This document shows, one piece after another, positions 11,358-20,756 of a stretch of 64,000 nucleotides of DNA. The stretch comes from Spirochaetia bacterium (GTDB lineage Bacteria > Spirochaetota > Spirochaetia > SP-2023): NCBI GenBank assembly GCA_965263295.1, contig OZ253665.1:2144001-2208000 (forward strand), written 5' to 3'. Below the pieces are notes generated by a model. That model did no database searches, was not told where the DNA came from, and worked only from the letters and a program-made list of their open reading frames with translations. Position numbers and translations under genes: made by a program. How positions within the stretch are numbered: the first letter of the stretch is position 1; each line of letters begins with the position of its first letter.

Positions 11358-11382
11358 GTATTGAGTGAAAGGGAAGAGTAGT

Positions 11383-11571
11383 ATGAAGGAAAAGTTTGAT
11401 GACCTTTCTTTGGCAGAAATGATTGCCAAACGTAAAGAGTTGCTTGAGCGCCAGCGCAAGTTGCGCTTTGACAAAGTTATCGGTCACGTGGAGAGTCCGA
11501 TGGAAATTCGTAATATCCGCCGCAGTATTGCACGATTGAATACCAAGATTCACCAGCATGAAGCGGCGTAG
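11383..11571 (+). CDS. rpmC: 50S ribosomal protein L29
   Basis: [13 protein letters not shown]; operon position. Confidence 0.95.
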   Translation: MKEKFDDLSLAEMIAKRKELLERQRKLRFDKVIGHVESPMEIRNIRRSIARLNTKIHQHEAA

Positions 11572-11597
11572 CCGGGTTTTTATAGGGAATTATTGAG

Positions 11598-11849
11598 ATG
11601 GAAGCAAATAAGAAGGCATTTGTCGGCACCGTTGTGAGCGATAAAATGGAAAAGAGTATTGTCGTGCGGGTTTCGACTCGCCGGTTACACCCAATTTATA
11701 AGAAGTATGTAGCTTGGTCTAAAAAATATAAGGCTCACGATGAAGCCAATGATGCTCATGTGGGGGATCGTGTGCGCATTGTTGAGTGTCGCCCCGTCAG
11801 TAAGGAAAAGTGCTGGAACTTGGTCGAGATTATCGAGCGAGCCCGTTGA
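11598..11849 (+). CDS. rpsQ: 30S ribosomal protein S17
   Basis: [24 protein letters not shown]. Confidence 0.98.
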   Translation: MEANKKAFVGTVVSDKMEKSIVVRVSTRRLHPIYKKYVAWSKKYKAHDEANDAHVGDRVRIVECRPVSKEKCWNLVEIIERAR

Positions 11850-11901
11850 CCCGCTTGGTTGAATTATAAACCAGTGGATATTGTAGAAAAAGGATAGAGT
11901 T

Positions 11902-12270
11902 ATGATTCAGATGAGTTCTCGCCTTAACGTGGCCGACAACTCTGGGGCCAAGCGGGTGGAGTGCATTAAGGTGCTAGGTGGTTCCAAGCGCCGCTGGGCC
12001 AGTATTGGCGACGTCATTGTCGTAGCCGTTAAAGAGGCTTTGCCTCAGGCAGGCGTTAAAAAGGGTGATGTGCGGAGAGCGGTCATTGTTCGCGTCCACA
12101 AAGAATATCGCCGTGCGGATGGCACTTATATTCGTTTTGATGACAATGCCTGCGTGATTTTAGACAACAATTTAAACCCGGTAGGTAAGCGTATTTTCGG
12201 TCCGGTTGCTCGCGAGCTTCGTGACGCCAGCTTTATGAAAGTAATTTCGCTTGCACCAGAAGTGCTTTAA
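11902..12270 (+). CDS. rplN: 50S ribosomal protein L14
   Basis: [27 protein letters not shown]. Confidence 0.99.
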   Translation: MIQMSSRLNVADNSGAKRVECIKVLGGSKRRWASIGDVIVVAVKEALPQAGVKKGDVRRAVIVRVHKEYRRADGTYIRFDDNACVILDNNLNPVGKRIFGPVARELRDASFMKVISLAPEVL

Positions 12271-12295
12271 GGCTTTAACAGGGTAGGTAGCAGGG

Positions 12296-12640
12296 ATGAG
12301 AATGAATACCAACAATGCCGTCAATCACAAAATGAAGCTGGCAAAGGGAGATCTGGTCCGCATAATTGCGGGTAAGGATCGCGGCGCAAAAAGTGAAGGT
12401 CGCATTATCAAGATAGACAGGGAAAGACGCCGTGTGATGGTTGAGGGGTTTAATATTGTCAAAAAGACAAAAAAGCCTCAGCGCGAGGGTGAACAGGGCG
12501 AGATTGTCGAAGTAGAGGCCTTCATGGAAGTTTCAAACGTGATGATAGTTTGTCCGAATTGTGGCCCGACTCGTGTGGGCTACAAAGGAAAAGGCCGTAA
12601 AAAGGAGCGCATTTGCCGCAAGTGTGGCAGGGTACTTTAA
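12296..12640 (+). CDS. rplX: 50S ribosomal protein L24 (with CxxC-CxxC zinc ribbon)
   Basis: KGDLVRIIAGKDRG KOW motif; CPNC...CRKC. Confidence 0.96.
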   Translation: MRMNTNNAVNHKMKLAKGDLVRIIAGKDRGAKSEGRIIKIDRERRRVMVEGFNIVKKTKKPQREGEQGEIVEVEAFMEVSNVMIVCPNCGPTRVGYKGKGRKKERICRKCGRVL

Positions 12641-12652
12641 GGAGCATAAGCG

Positions 12653-13204
12653 ATGGCTGACGTGAGAATGAAAAAGATTTACAAAGGAAAAGTGCTCCCT
12701 GAATTGCACAGGCAGTTTGCTTATAGATCGTTAATGCAGGCACCTGCTCTGGAAAAAATTGTCGTGAGCATTGGCATTGGGGAGGCCGTTCAGAACAAAA
12801 AGTTGCTGGACAATTCCCTATCAGAGCTGGCTTTGATTACGGGACAGATGGGCGTAAAAACCTTGGCTAAAAAATCTGTGGCGGCGTTTAAAGTCCGGGC
12901 CGGCATGGCAACGGGTGTTAAAGTGACATTGCGTGGAGACAGAATGTATGATTTTTATGATCGTCTGGTAAACGTTGCGATGCCCCGGATTAAGGACTTT
13001 CGCGGCATTTCTCCAAAAGGTTTTGACCGCAATGGCAACTTTTCTCTGGGTATTGATGAACAGATTATTTTTCCAGAGATCGACTACGACAAGATTGAAG
13101 CAATTCGTGGTATGAATATCAACATTGTAACTACCGCCAAGTCAGACGAAGAAGGCTACGCTCTGTTAGAGAAAATGGGCATGCCTTTCCGTAAAGGAGC
13201 ATAA
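12653..13204 (+). CDS. rplE: 50S ribosomal protein L5
   Basis: [25 protein letters not shown]. Confidence 0.98.
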   Translation: MADVRMKKIYKGKVLPELHRQFAYRSLMQAPALEKIVVSIGIGEAVQNKKLLDNSLSELALITGQMGVKTLAKKSVAAFKVRAGMATGVKVTLRGDRMYDFYDRLVNVAMPRIKDFRGISPKGFDRNGNFSLGIDEQIIFPEIDYDKIEAIRGMNINIVTTAKSDEEGYALLEKMGMPFRKGA

Positions 13205-13206
13205 CG

Positions 13207-13392
13207 ATGGCTAAAAAATCTATGATTATAAAGGCTCAGCGTGCGCCCAAGTTCTCTACGCGCCAAGTGAACCGCTGTGGTTGCTGTGGTCGTTCTCGCG
13301 GTTATATGCGTAAATTTGGCCTTTGTCGTATTTGTTTCCGCAGGCTGGCTAGTAAAGGTATGCTTCCTGGTGTTACAAAATCCAGTTGGTAG
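13207..13392 (+). CDS. rpsN: 30S ribosomal protein S14, zinc-binding type (61 aa)
   Basis: NRCGCCGR...LCRICFR...PGVTKSSW. Confidence 0.97.
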   Translation: MAKKSMIIKAQRAPKFSTRQVNRCGCCGRSRGYMRKFGLCRICFRRLASKGMLPGVTKSSW

Positions 13393-13420
13393 TTGTTAAG
13401 TTGAAGGAGAGTCAGAGATA

Positions 13421-13819
13421 ATGAGTGTTTCAGATCCAGTAGCAGACATGCTGACCAAAATTCGCAACGCCAGCCGGGCTGGCTTGGAGAAGGTTGACGT
13501 TCAGAATTCTAAGGTAAAAATGGAAATTGTACGCATCTTAAAGAGCGAAGGGTACATTAAAAACTACAAAAAAATTAATGAAAACAGTAAGTTTACGATC
13601 CGCATCTTTTTGAAATATGACGAAAACGAAAAGTCTGTTATCCAAGGGATTGAGCGTGTTTCCCGGCCGGGTCGCCGCATGTATTTTGGTTACCGCAATA
13701 TGCCGCGTGTTCTCAACGGCTACGGTACTTTGATTTTGTCTACTTCAATGGGAATCATTACGGGCAAGAAAGCCACTATGAGCAGAGTTGGCGGCGAGCC
13801 ACTCTGCAAAATATGGTAG
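13421..13819 (+). CDS. rpsH: 30S ribosomal protein S8
   Basis: [24 protein letters not shown]. Confidence 0.98.
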   Translation: MSVSDPVADMLTKIRNASRAGLEKVDVQNSKVKMEIVRILKSEGYIKNYKKINENSKFTIRIFLKYDENEKSVIQGIERVSRPGRRMYFGYRNMPRVLNGYGTLILSTSMGIITGKKATMSRVGGEPLCKIW

Positions 13820-13848
13820 GTAAATTTAGAGGTAGGTGGTAACAGCAA

Positions 13849-14391
13849 ATGTCGAGAGTGGGTAATCAGCCTGTCGCGCTGCCAGCCGGTGTCAGCGTCA
13901 CAGTGGATGACAACGTATTGGTTGTCAAGGGGGTAAAGGGAGAGCTTCGTCAGGAGTTTCGCCCGGAAGTTTCCTTTGAGGTTGACAGGGAAGAAGTTCG
14001 AGTAAAGCGCGCCAGCGAGGGTAAAGTGGCAAAATCGCTGCATGGCTTGTACGCGCGCCTACTGGCAAACATGGTCACTGGCGTTTCCAGGGGATTTCAA
14101 AAGGTTCTGGAAATTAATGGCGTAGGTTATCGTGCTGAACAGTTGACAGATGGCAACTTGTTATTCTCGCTTGGGTATTCGACGCAGATTGAGTATGTAG
14201 CGCCTGAGGGGGTGCTGTTGGCCGTCGAAGGGAATACCAGGGTTGTGGTTTCTGGCATTGATAAGGCTGCAGTCGGTAAGGTTGCCAGTGAAATCCGTGG
14301 CTTGAGGCCGCCGGAACCTTATAAAGGCAAGGGTGTTAAGTATGCGGATGAAACGATTCGCAGAAAAGCTGGTAAGTCTGGTAAAAAATAG
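13849..14391 (+). CDS. rplF: 50S ribosomal protein L6
   Basis: GVGYRA, RPPEPYKGKGV. Confidence 0.98.
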   Translation: MSRVGNQPVALPAGVSVTVDDNVLVVKGVKGELRQEFRPEVSFEVDREEVRVKRASEGKVAKSLHGLYARLLANMVTGVSRGFQKVLEINGVGYRAEQLTDGNLLFSLGYSTQIEYVAPEGVLLAVEGNTRVVVSGIDKAAVGKVASEIRGLRPPEPYKGKGVKYADETIRRKAGKSGKK

Positions 14392-14404
14392 ATAGGAAGT
14401 AGAA

Positions 14405-14755
14405 ATGAGCCATTTATCGGATAAAATCCGTCAACGCAATCGGCGCAAGGGTAGGGCCCGCAAAAAAATTTATGGGACGGCGGTGCGTCCTCGCCTGACT
14501 GTGTTTAAAAGTTATAAATACTTGTACCTTCAGGCTGTAAACGATGCAGAAGGTCGCACTCTCGCCGCAGCATCAACTTTAAAGTTAGATGTACGTCCCA
14601 ACGTTGAAGGCGGTGTGGCCCTGGGCAAGCTAATGGCTGATGAACTGAAAAAAGTGCAGATTTCTGCCGTGGTCTTCGACCGCAACGGCTATAAGTTTCA
14701 CGGTGTTGTCAAGGCAATTGTCGACAATGTGCGTGAAGGTGGGATTGAGGTATAG
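14405..14755 (+). CDS. rplR: 50S ribosomal protein L18
   Basis: RPRLTVFKS, VVFDRNGYKFHG. Confidence 0.98.
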   Translation: MSHLSDKIRQRNRRKGRARKKIYGTAVRPRLTVFKSYKYLYLQAVNDAEGRTLAAASTLKLDVRPNVEGGVALGKLMADELKKVQISAVVFDRNGYKFHGVVKAIVDNVREGGIEV

Positions 14756-14766
14756 GAGGAAATTAT

Positions 14767-15273
14767 ATGTCAGACTTTCAAGACAATGAAAAAAGTGGCT
14801 TGATTGAGACTTTGATAGAGGTAAAACGCATTGCTAAAGCAGTCAAGGGTGGCCGCAAGATGTCTTTCTCCGCTTTGATGGTTGTGGGTGATGGCAGTGG
14901 TCGTGTCGGTTACGGCCTGGGCAAGGCCAACGATGTATCGGAAGCCATTCGCAAAAGTACCGAGCGCGCTAAGCGGAATATGATTAAGGTGCCTTTGTCG
15001 AGCAAGCACAGTACGCCTTATGAAGTTAAAGGTAATTACAAAAAAAGTGTTATCTTGATTAAACCTGCGGCACCCGGCACCGGCGTCATCGCCGGCGGTT
15101 CAGTTCGGGCTGTCCTTGAAGCTGCGGGAATCAAAGACGTTTTGGCAAAATCTTTGGGGTCGAATAATTCCCTCAATATGATTTTGGCCGCTCTGGAAGG
15201 TCTCGGTCGCCTGGTTCCCGCCTCTGCCCGTGCGAGTGCTCGCGGCAAGGAATTGCGGGAAATTTGGGGCTAG
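14767..15273 (+). CDS. rpsE: 30S ribosomal protein S5
   Basis: VKGGRKMSFSALMVVGDG, PAAPGTGVIAGG. Confidence 0.98.
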   Translation: MSDFQDNEKSGLIETLIEVKRIAKAVKGGRKMSFSALMVVGDGSGRVGYGLGKANDVSEAIRKSTERAKRNMIKVPLSSKHSTPYEVKGNYKKSVILIKPAAPGTGVIAGGSVRAVLEAAGIKDVLAKSLGSNNSLNMILAALEGLGRLVPASARASARGKELREIWG

Positions 15274-15291
15274 GCAGTAAAGGCAAGGATT

Positions 15292-15471
15292 ATGGCACAG
15301 ATTCAAATTAGTCTGCGGCGCAGCACCATTGGTCAGCGTCCGGTTGTACGTAAGACCGTGAAAGCGTTAAACTTAGGCAAAATCAATTCGACGGTTAGTT
15401 TTGAGGCAACGGCTGACATTGAAGGCATGATTCGTGTTGTCCGTCACTTGGTGGATGTCAAAGAGTTGTAA
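15292..15471 (+). CDS. rpmD: 50S ribosomal protein L30 (absent from ORF track)
   Basis: Manual translation MAQIQISLRRSTIGQRPVVRKTVKALNLGKINSTVSFEATADIEGMIRVVRHLVDVKEL*, between rpsE and rplO. Confidence 0.96.
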   Translation: MAQIQISLRRSTIGQRPVVRKTVKALNLGKINSTVSFEATADIEGMIRVVRHLVDVKEL

Positions 15472-15558
15472 TTGCAAAGTTTTCGCCTCTGTTTGGGGTG
15501 TGTGACGCCCTGCTTTAAGCAAGTTGCATTGGCAACTTGATGTTTTGGAGAAAAAAAT

Positions 15559-16029
15559 ATGTCTGTTTATGAATTGAAACCCGCTACTGGTTCAAAAACA
15601 AAGCGCAGAATTGTTGGTCGCGGTACGGGTTCTGGTCTGGGCAAGACTTCCGGTAAAGGCCACAAGGGGCAAAAAGCTCGTTCTGGTGGCGGTGTTCGCA
15701 TGGGTTTTGAAGGTGGTCAGTTGCCTTTGTACCGCCGCCTTGCCGTCCGCGGCTTTTCCAATCATCCTTTTAAGCGGGATTGGGTCGTCGTTAATTTGGA
15801 TCGTATTGAGGCCTTTTTTGGGGATTCTGAGGCGGTAAACCTGGAAACACTGCGGGTCAAGGGTCTGATTAAAAAAAGTGAGACGGATGTCAAGATTCTA
15901 AATCGCGGTGAGTTCAGTCGTAAAAGTCTGCTTGTGGAAATTCCCCAAATCTCTGCTGCCGCTAAGGTTCGCATTGAAGAGTTGGGCGGTAAAGTTACCG
16001 TATTGGCTTCTGCCTCGGCGGATGCCTAG
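15559..16029 (+). CDS. rplO: 50S ribosomal protein L15
   Basis: GRGTGSGLGKTSGKGHKGQKAR, GFEGGQLPLYRRL. Confidence 0.98.
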   Translation: MSVYELKPATGSKTKRRIVGRGTGSGLGKTSGKGHKGQKARSGGGVRMGFEGGQLPLYRRLAVRGFSNHPFKRDWVVVNLDRIEAFFGDSEAVNLETLRVKGLIKKSETDVKILNRGEFSRKSLLVEIPQISAAAKVRIEELGGKVTVLASASADA

Positions 16030-16063
16030 GCCCGTAAAATTAAAATCAAGGAAGTAGCTAGAT

Positions 16064-17383
16064 ATGGCGAGCTCTATAGGCGATATTTTTCGGATTGCCG
16101 ATCTGCGTAAGAAGATCATATTTACGATTGTAGTTTTGATCTGTTACCGCATCGGGACTTTTATACCAATACCTGGGATTAATATTATCGCCTTGCAAAA
16201 TCAATTGGCTACTTCTGGCGGCGGTGGTTTCTCCCTCTCGGATTATTTTGATTTCTTCTCCGGTGGGGCATTCAATAATTATTCAATTTTTATGTTAGGT
16301 ATAATGCCTTATATCTCGATGTCTATCATCATGCAGTTGCTAATGATTGCCGTGCCGGCATTGAAGCGTTTGGCGGAGCAAGACGGCGGCCGGAATTTAG
16401 TCAAGCGTTATACGCGTTATGGTACACTGGCCCTAGCCGTACTGCAGGCCGCCTTTTTACCCCAACTCAAAGGGGACACTTCAGGGTTGATTTATCCTAC
16501 ATTGACTCCCGTGGCTTTTCTGTTAATTTCGATTGTTACCGTCACGACTGGCACCCTTATTATTATGTGGCTCGGTGAGCAGATTACCGCCCAGGGCATT
16601 GGCAATGGCGCTTCTTTGATTATCTTTACTGGTATTGTTGTCCGCCTGCCTGAAGCTGTAGGTATTTTGCAGCAGCAGATGCCCGACCAGATAAACCCTA
16701 TTTTTGGTCTCTTGGCTATGGGCATTTTTATATTGATGGTTGTGCTGATCATTTATGAGCAGCAGGCGCAGCGCCGTATACCCGTGCGTTACGCCAACCG
16801 TGTGGTCGGGCAGCGCATGTATCAGGGGCAAAGTACTTATATCCCATTAAAGTTGAACCCTTCGGGTGTAATCCCTGTAATTTTTGGTCAGGCTGTCTTA
16901 CAATTCTTGGCATTTGTGCTGGGCACTCTGGCCCAAAAGGTGAATTGGCTGCAAGGTGCCGCGATTGCCATGGCGCCGGGCAGCTTTGCGAATACTTTAA
17001 TTTATGTATTGTTGATTGTGTTTTTTGCCTATTTTTATACTCAAGTGACCATGAACCCAATAGAAATTGCTCGCCAGATTCGTGAAAACAACGGTTCCAT
17101 TCCGGGAGTCCGCACTGAGCATCTGGAGTCTTACCTGAGCCGTGTCTTGAACCGCGTAGTACTGCCGGGTGCCATTTTCTTGGCCTTTGTGGCGGTTGTG
17201 CCAACAGTAATGTTGGCATTCTTTCACTTCCCGTTGCAGGTAGCCTATCTCATGGGTGGCACGTCGCTATTGATAATGGTCGGTGTCAACTTGGATACGA
17301 TGAGTCAAATTGAAGGACATCTCAAGATGCATAATCACGAAGGACTTTTGAAAAAAGGTCGCATACGATCTAGAAATTTATAG
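16064..17383 (+). CDS. secY: Preprotein translocase subunit SecY
   Basis: SIFMLGIMPYI, WLGEQIT, GIGNGASLIIF, IPGVR, GGTSLLI. Confidence 0.99.
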   Translation: MASSIGDIFRIADLRKKIIFTIVVLICYRIGTFIPIPGINIIALQNQLATSGGGGFSLSDYFDFFSGGAFNNYSIFMLGIMPYISMSIIMQLLMIAVPALKRLAEQDGGRNLVKRYTRYGTLALAVLQAAFLPQLKGDTSGLIYPTLTPVAFLLISIVTVTTGTLIIMWLGEQITAQGIGNGASLIIFTGIVVRLPEAVGILQQQMPDQINPIFGLLAMGIFILMVVLIIYEQQAQRRIPVRYANRVVGQRMYQGQSTYIPLKLNPSGVIPVIFGQAVLQFLAFVLGTLAQKVNWLQGAAIAMAPGSFANTLIYVLLIVFFAYFYTQVTMNPIEIARQIRENNGSIPGVRTEHLESYLSRVLNRVVLPGAIFLAFVAVVPTVMLAFFHFPLQVAYLMGGTSLLIMVGVNLDTMSQIEGHLKMHNHEGLLKKGRIRSRNL

Positions 17384-17497
17384 AAAAATTTGAAAGCTAT
17401 AGAGTCCTTGTTTTGTTATCGAAGGAATTCCCGCTATCCTTTCGGGGTTGCGGTCCTCCTAGGATTACAAGGTCTTTGATGAGCATAGGAGTAACCC

Positions 17498-17617
17498 ATG
17501 AAGGTTCGTGCGAGTGTGAAGCCGATCTGTGAACATTGTAAGGTAATTCGTCGTTTTGGCGTTTTGCGAGTAATCTGCCACTCAAACCCAAAGCATAAGC
17601 AAAGGCAGAAAGGTTAA
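17498..17617 (+). CDS. rpmJ: 50S ribosomal protein L36 (absent from ORF track)
   Basis: Manual translation [39 protein letters not shown]. Confidence 0.98.
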   Translation: MKVRASVKPICEHCKVIRRFGVLRVICHSNPKHKQRQKG

Positions 17618-17629
17618 TAGGAGTATATA

Positions 17630-17995
17630 ATGGCGCGTATATCCGGTGTCGATTTGCCAAACAAACACGCAGAAATCGCCTTGACTGCAATTTATGGAAT
17701 TGGGCGCTCCACAGCTCGCGAGATATGTGAGAGGCTGCAATTGAAGCCTGAAACAAAGATCAATGATCTGAGTGGAGAGGAAGTCAACGATTTGCGCAAG
17801 TTGATTGACCATGAGTATAAGGTTGAAGGTACTCGGCGCTCAGAAGTTGCTTTGAATATTAAGCGTTTGCGCGACATCGGTTGTTACCGGGGGCTCCGCC
17901 ATCGCTTAGGCTTGCCTGCGCGTGGACAACGTACAAAGACCAATGCCCGTACCCGCAAGGGCAAGGCTAAGACAGTTGCCAACAAAAAGAAGTAG
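17630..17995 (+). CDS. rpsM: 30S ribosomal protein S13
   Basis: [31 protein letters not shown]. Confidence 0.99.
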   Translation: MARISGVDLPNKHAEIALTAIYGIGRSTAREICERLQLKPETKINDLSGEEVNDLRKLIDHEYKVEGTRRSEVALNIKRLRDIGCYRGLRHRLGLPARGQRTKTNARTRKGKAKTVANKKK

Positions 17996-18023
17996 GCTAG
18001 TTGAAAATTAGGAGGAAATTGCC

Positions 18024-18401
18024 TTGGCTAAAGCAAAGAAGAAAGAAAAGCGCAGCATCCACGAGGGTAAAGTATATATTCAGGCTACGTTTAACAACAT
18101 TATAATTACAATCACAGACTTGCATGGCAACGCTATTTCGGATGCCAGTGCCGGAATGCTAGGTTTCAAGGGTGGCAAAAAGTCCACTCCATTCGCGGCT
18201 CAGCTGACGGCAGAAACGGCTGGTAACAAGGCAAAAGAAGTCGGCCTTGCCGATGTCCATGTCTTTGTCAAAGGGCCAGGTATTGGTCGTGAAGCGGCAA
18301 TTCGCTCCTTGGGTAATGTTGGCTTTAACGTTCAGAGCATTCGCGATATCACGCCCATTCCTCACAACGGTTGTCGCCCCCGCAAGAGTCGTCGAGTCTA
18401 A
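18024..18401 (+). CDS. rpsK: 30S ribosomal protein S11 (TTG start)
   Basis: [36 protein letters not shown]. Confidence 0.98.
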   Translation: MAKAKKKEKRSIHEGKVYIQATFNNIIITITDLHGNAISDASAGMLGFKGGKKSTPFAAQLTAETAGNKAKEVGLADVHVFVKGPGIGREAAIRSLGNVGFNVQSIRDITPIPHNGCRPRKSRRV

Positions 18402-18444
18402 TTTAGACTGGGAAGGCCAAACAAAGAAGATAACGGAGGAAAAT

Positions 18445-19500
18445 ATGGCGAGAGCAAACTTACTGCGTGGTTTGAAGCGCCCTAAAGAGGTGTATTTTGA
18501 GGCTGAAGAAGAGCGTGGGAATTACGGTCGTTTCATTGCCTATCCATTTGAGCATGGCTATGGCTCGACAATTGGCAATAGCTTGCGCAGAATTCTGCTT
18601 TCTTCCATTCAAGGTTACGCCGTCTCTGCCATTCGCGTGACGCATCACGACGCAGAGGGAGTGGTAAAAATTATTTCCAGCGAATTCGATGTGATTCCAG
18701 GTATGGTCGAAGATACCCTAACTTTTATCTCAAACTTGAAGAAGTTGAACATCTCTCTACTCGCCGATGATCCCGAAGAATCGCGCACTATACTGGTCAA
18801 AGTCCAGGGAGCAGGTGAATTGACTGGGGCTGGCTTTGAGGTTGAATCGGGAGTGCGTGTTCACAATAAAGAGCACCATCTGGCTACGTTTATGCCCGAT
18901 ACGAGTCTGGAGATTGAGGCCCAGATTTCTTTTGGGCGCGGTTACCGAAGCGCCGAAGAAAATCAGCGTTTTGTCGAGGTGATCGGCACAATTACTTTGG
19001 ACTGTAATTTTAGTCCGATTGACTGGGTCCGGTTTCGGGTTGAGCCGACACGAGTCGGACAGCGTTCTGACTATGACAAGCTGATCTTGGAAGTTGAAAC
19101 CAACGGGACCCTGAACCCGGCAGATGCCGTTGCCGAGGCGGCCAAATTGGCAAAAGAGCAGTACACAGCTTTTATTAATTTTAATGAGAGTTTAATCGTT
19201 GCCGAAGAGGAAGTCAGTGAAGATGAATTGAAGCTCAGGAAGCTGCTGGAGAAAACCGTGGATGAGCTTGAGCTTTCGGTTCGTTCCAGTAACTGTCTGC
19301 GCAGCGCCCAAATCCATACCGTCGGCGAACTGATTGCCTGGACTGAAGACGACATTGCAAAAACCCGCAATTTTGGCAAGAAGTCTCTGCAGGAGATCCG
19401 CGACAAGTTGGCCTCTTGGGGCTTGGGTTTTGGTATGGCTGATTTTAACACGATTTTGAAATCAATCAAAGTGGACGAGATCCATAAGGAAAATAGTTAG
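18445..19500 (+). CDS. rpoA: RNA polymerase alpha subunit
   Basis: [43 protein letters not shown] after GGAGG. Confidence 0.98.
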   Translation: MARANLLRGLKRPKEVYFEAEEERGNYGRFIAYPFEHGYGSTIGNSLRRILLSSIQGYAVSAIRVTHHDAEGVVKIISSEFDVIPGMVEDTLTFISNLKKLNISLLADDPEESRTILVKVQGAGELTGAGFEVESGVRVHNKEHHLATFMPDTSLEIEAQISFGRGYRSAEENQRFVEVIGTITLDCNFSPIDWVRFRVEPTRVGQRSDYDKLILEVETNGTLNPADAVAEAAKLAKEQYTAFINFNESLIVAEEEVSEDELKLRKLLEKTVDELELSVRSSNCLRSAQIHTVGELIAWTEDDIAKTRNFGKKSLQEIRDKLASWGLGFGMADFNTILKSIKVDEIHKENS

Positions 19501-19502
19501 GT

Positions 19503-20072
19503 ATGAATAAGCGTAATGGTATTAATCGCCTTGGGGTGAAGGCTTCTCATCGCAAGGCGATTCACCGCAATATGGCCATTTCAGTATTTCGTCATGGTCG
19601 TGTAAAAACTACTCTGCCCAAGGCGCGGGCTGTCCGCCGCACGGTAGAAAAGTTGATCACTCGCGCCAAAACTGATTCGGTGCACAATCGCCGTGAAGTG
19701 GCGAAGCTGATTCATGACAAGGACATTGTCAATAAGTTGTTCACACAGATCGCCACGGAGTTTAAAACGCGTGCCGGTGGTTATACACGTGTTATCAAGA
19801 CGGGTCTGCGTCGTCACGACGCTGCCGAGATGGCATTGCTTGAGCTTGTTGGCCACGGCCTGGAAGAACCGCAGCCTCGCAAGAAAAGTCGGCGTAGATC
19901 AGAAGGGAATATTCACGTCCCGCCCGCAGCCACGAACGTTGAAGGCACCGAGACCCAAAGTCTTGAAGTTGTTGGAGGGTCTGAAGGCCCTGAAGGTATT
20001 CAAGGTGGGTCTCCTGTCATTGAGCCTGAAAAAGACGAAAAAGACGAGAAAGACGAGAAAGACAACGGGTAG
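19503..20072 (+). CDS. rplQ: 50S ribosomal protein L17 with long acidic C-terminal extension
   Basis: [32 protein letters not shown], then a tail of about 70 aa. Confidence 0.96.
   Translation: MNKRNGINRLGVKASHRKAIHRNMAISVFRHGRVKTTLPKARAVRRTVEKLITRAKTDSVHNRREVAKLIHDKDIVNKLFTQIATEFKTRAGGYTRVIKTGLRRHDAAEMALLELVGHGLEEPQPRKKSRRRSEGNIHVPPAATNVEGTETQSLEVVGGSEGPEGIQGGSPVIEPEKDEKDEKDEKDNG
20028..20063 (+). repeat. In-frame 9-nt tandem repeat x4 (EKD)4 in the rplQ tail
   Basis: GAAAAAGAC GAAAAAGAC GAGAAAGAC GAGAAAGAC. Confidence 0.95.
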
Positions 20073-20096
20073 CCCCGAGATTTATTGCGAGACTGA

Positions 20097-20128
20097 GGCC
20101 CCTGTTTCAATATGCAGGGGTTTTTTTT
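20097..20128 (+). terminator. Intrinsic terminator of the ribosomal protein superoperon
   Basis: GGCCCCTG...CAGGGG followed by T8. Confidence 0.85.
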
Positions 20129-20295
20129 GAATTGCTTGCTACCTTGCTGTAGATAAGTCTGGATTATTTGAGGATGTATAGTTTTGTATTCGCGCTGCCC
20201 AAGGTCTAAGTCCGACTGTTGATGCTTGCAAGGCGGGTGTTGAGTCTGATATGTCAGTTTTGCGGGGCCATGCGCCTGAGTGCGTTTGTACAGAA

Positions 20296-20331
20296 AAATA
20301 TGTACTGCCTGTTTGCAGACAGTACATATTT
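20296..20331 (-). terminator. Hairpin directly 3' of tRNA-Pro
   Basis: AAATATGTACTG-N12-CAGTACATATTT; the arm includes the tRNA discriminator base. Confidence 0.7.
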
Positions 20332-20403
20332 CGGGGTGGGCGGACTTGAACCGCCGATCTCCTGCACCCGAAGCAGGCGCCTTAGCCGCTAGGCCACACC
20401 CCG
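20331..20403 (-). tRNA. tRNA-Pro (anticodon CGG), no encoded CCA
   Basis: Reverse complement CGGGGTG...CCTGC-TTCGGGT-GCAGG...GGTTCAAGTCC...CACCCCGA folds as a cloverleaf. Confidence 0.97.
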
Positions 20404-20640
20404 TGCCATATGACACACTACTATACTGGGATTGAGAGAATGGAGAAACCTGCCGCAGGCATATTTTGTGTTTTGCCTCTAGCCGCTGGAGCCCTAGTCT
20501 GCTGAATACGGAGTTATTTTTTACGTTTAAGTAGATTTTAGCTGGGATGATTTTTGCCCGCCCGATCCAGAAGTCTGGCACAAGACTGGCCGAACTTCTG
20601 TGGGTCGCGCGCACAAAGAATGAGGATCATGAAATATAAC

Positions 20641-20669
20641 TTGCAAAAAAATTTTAATATTAGTAAATT
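20641..20669 (+). promoter_or_regulatory. Putative sigma70 promoter of the opp operon
   Basis: TTGCAA-N17-TAAATT. Confidence 0.55.
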
Positions 20670-20756
20670 GAGCCTTCATTTTTTATTCATGTGCTGCGGC
20701 GGACGGGAGTCCTTTTGGGAATGCGGGACATTGAGATTATTATATTCGGAGGAAGG

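Noticed and set aside
20000..20614. 204-aa minus-strand ORF
   Set aside because: It spans tRNA-Pro, terminators and the end of rplQ; spurious.
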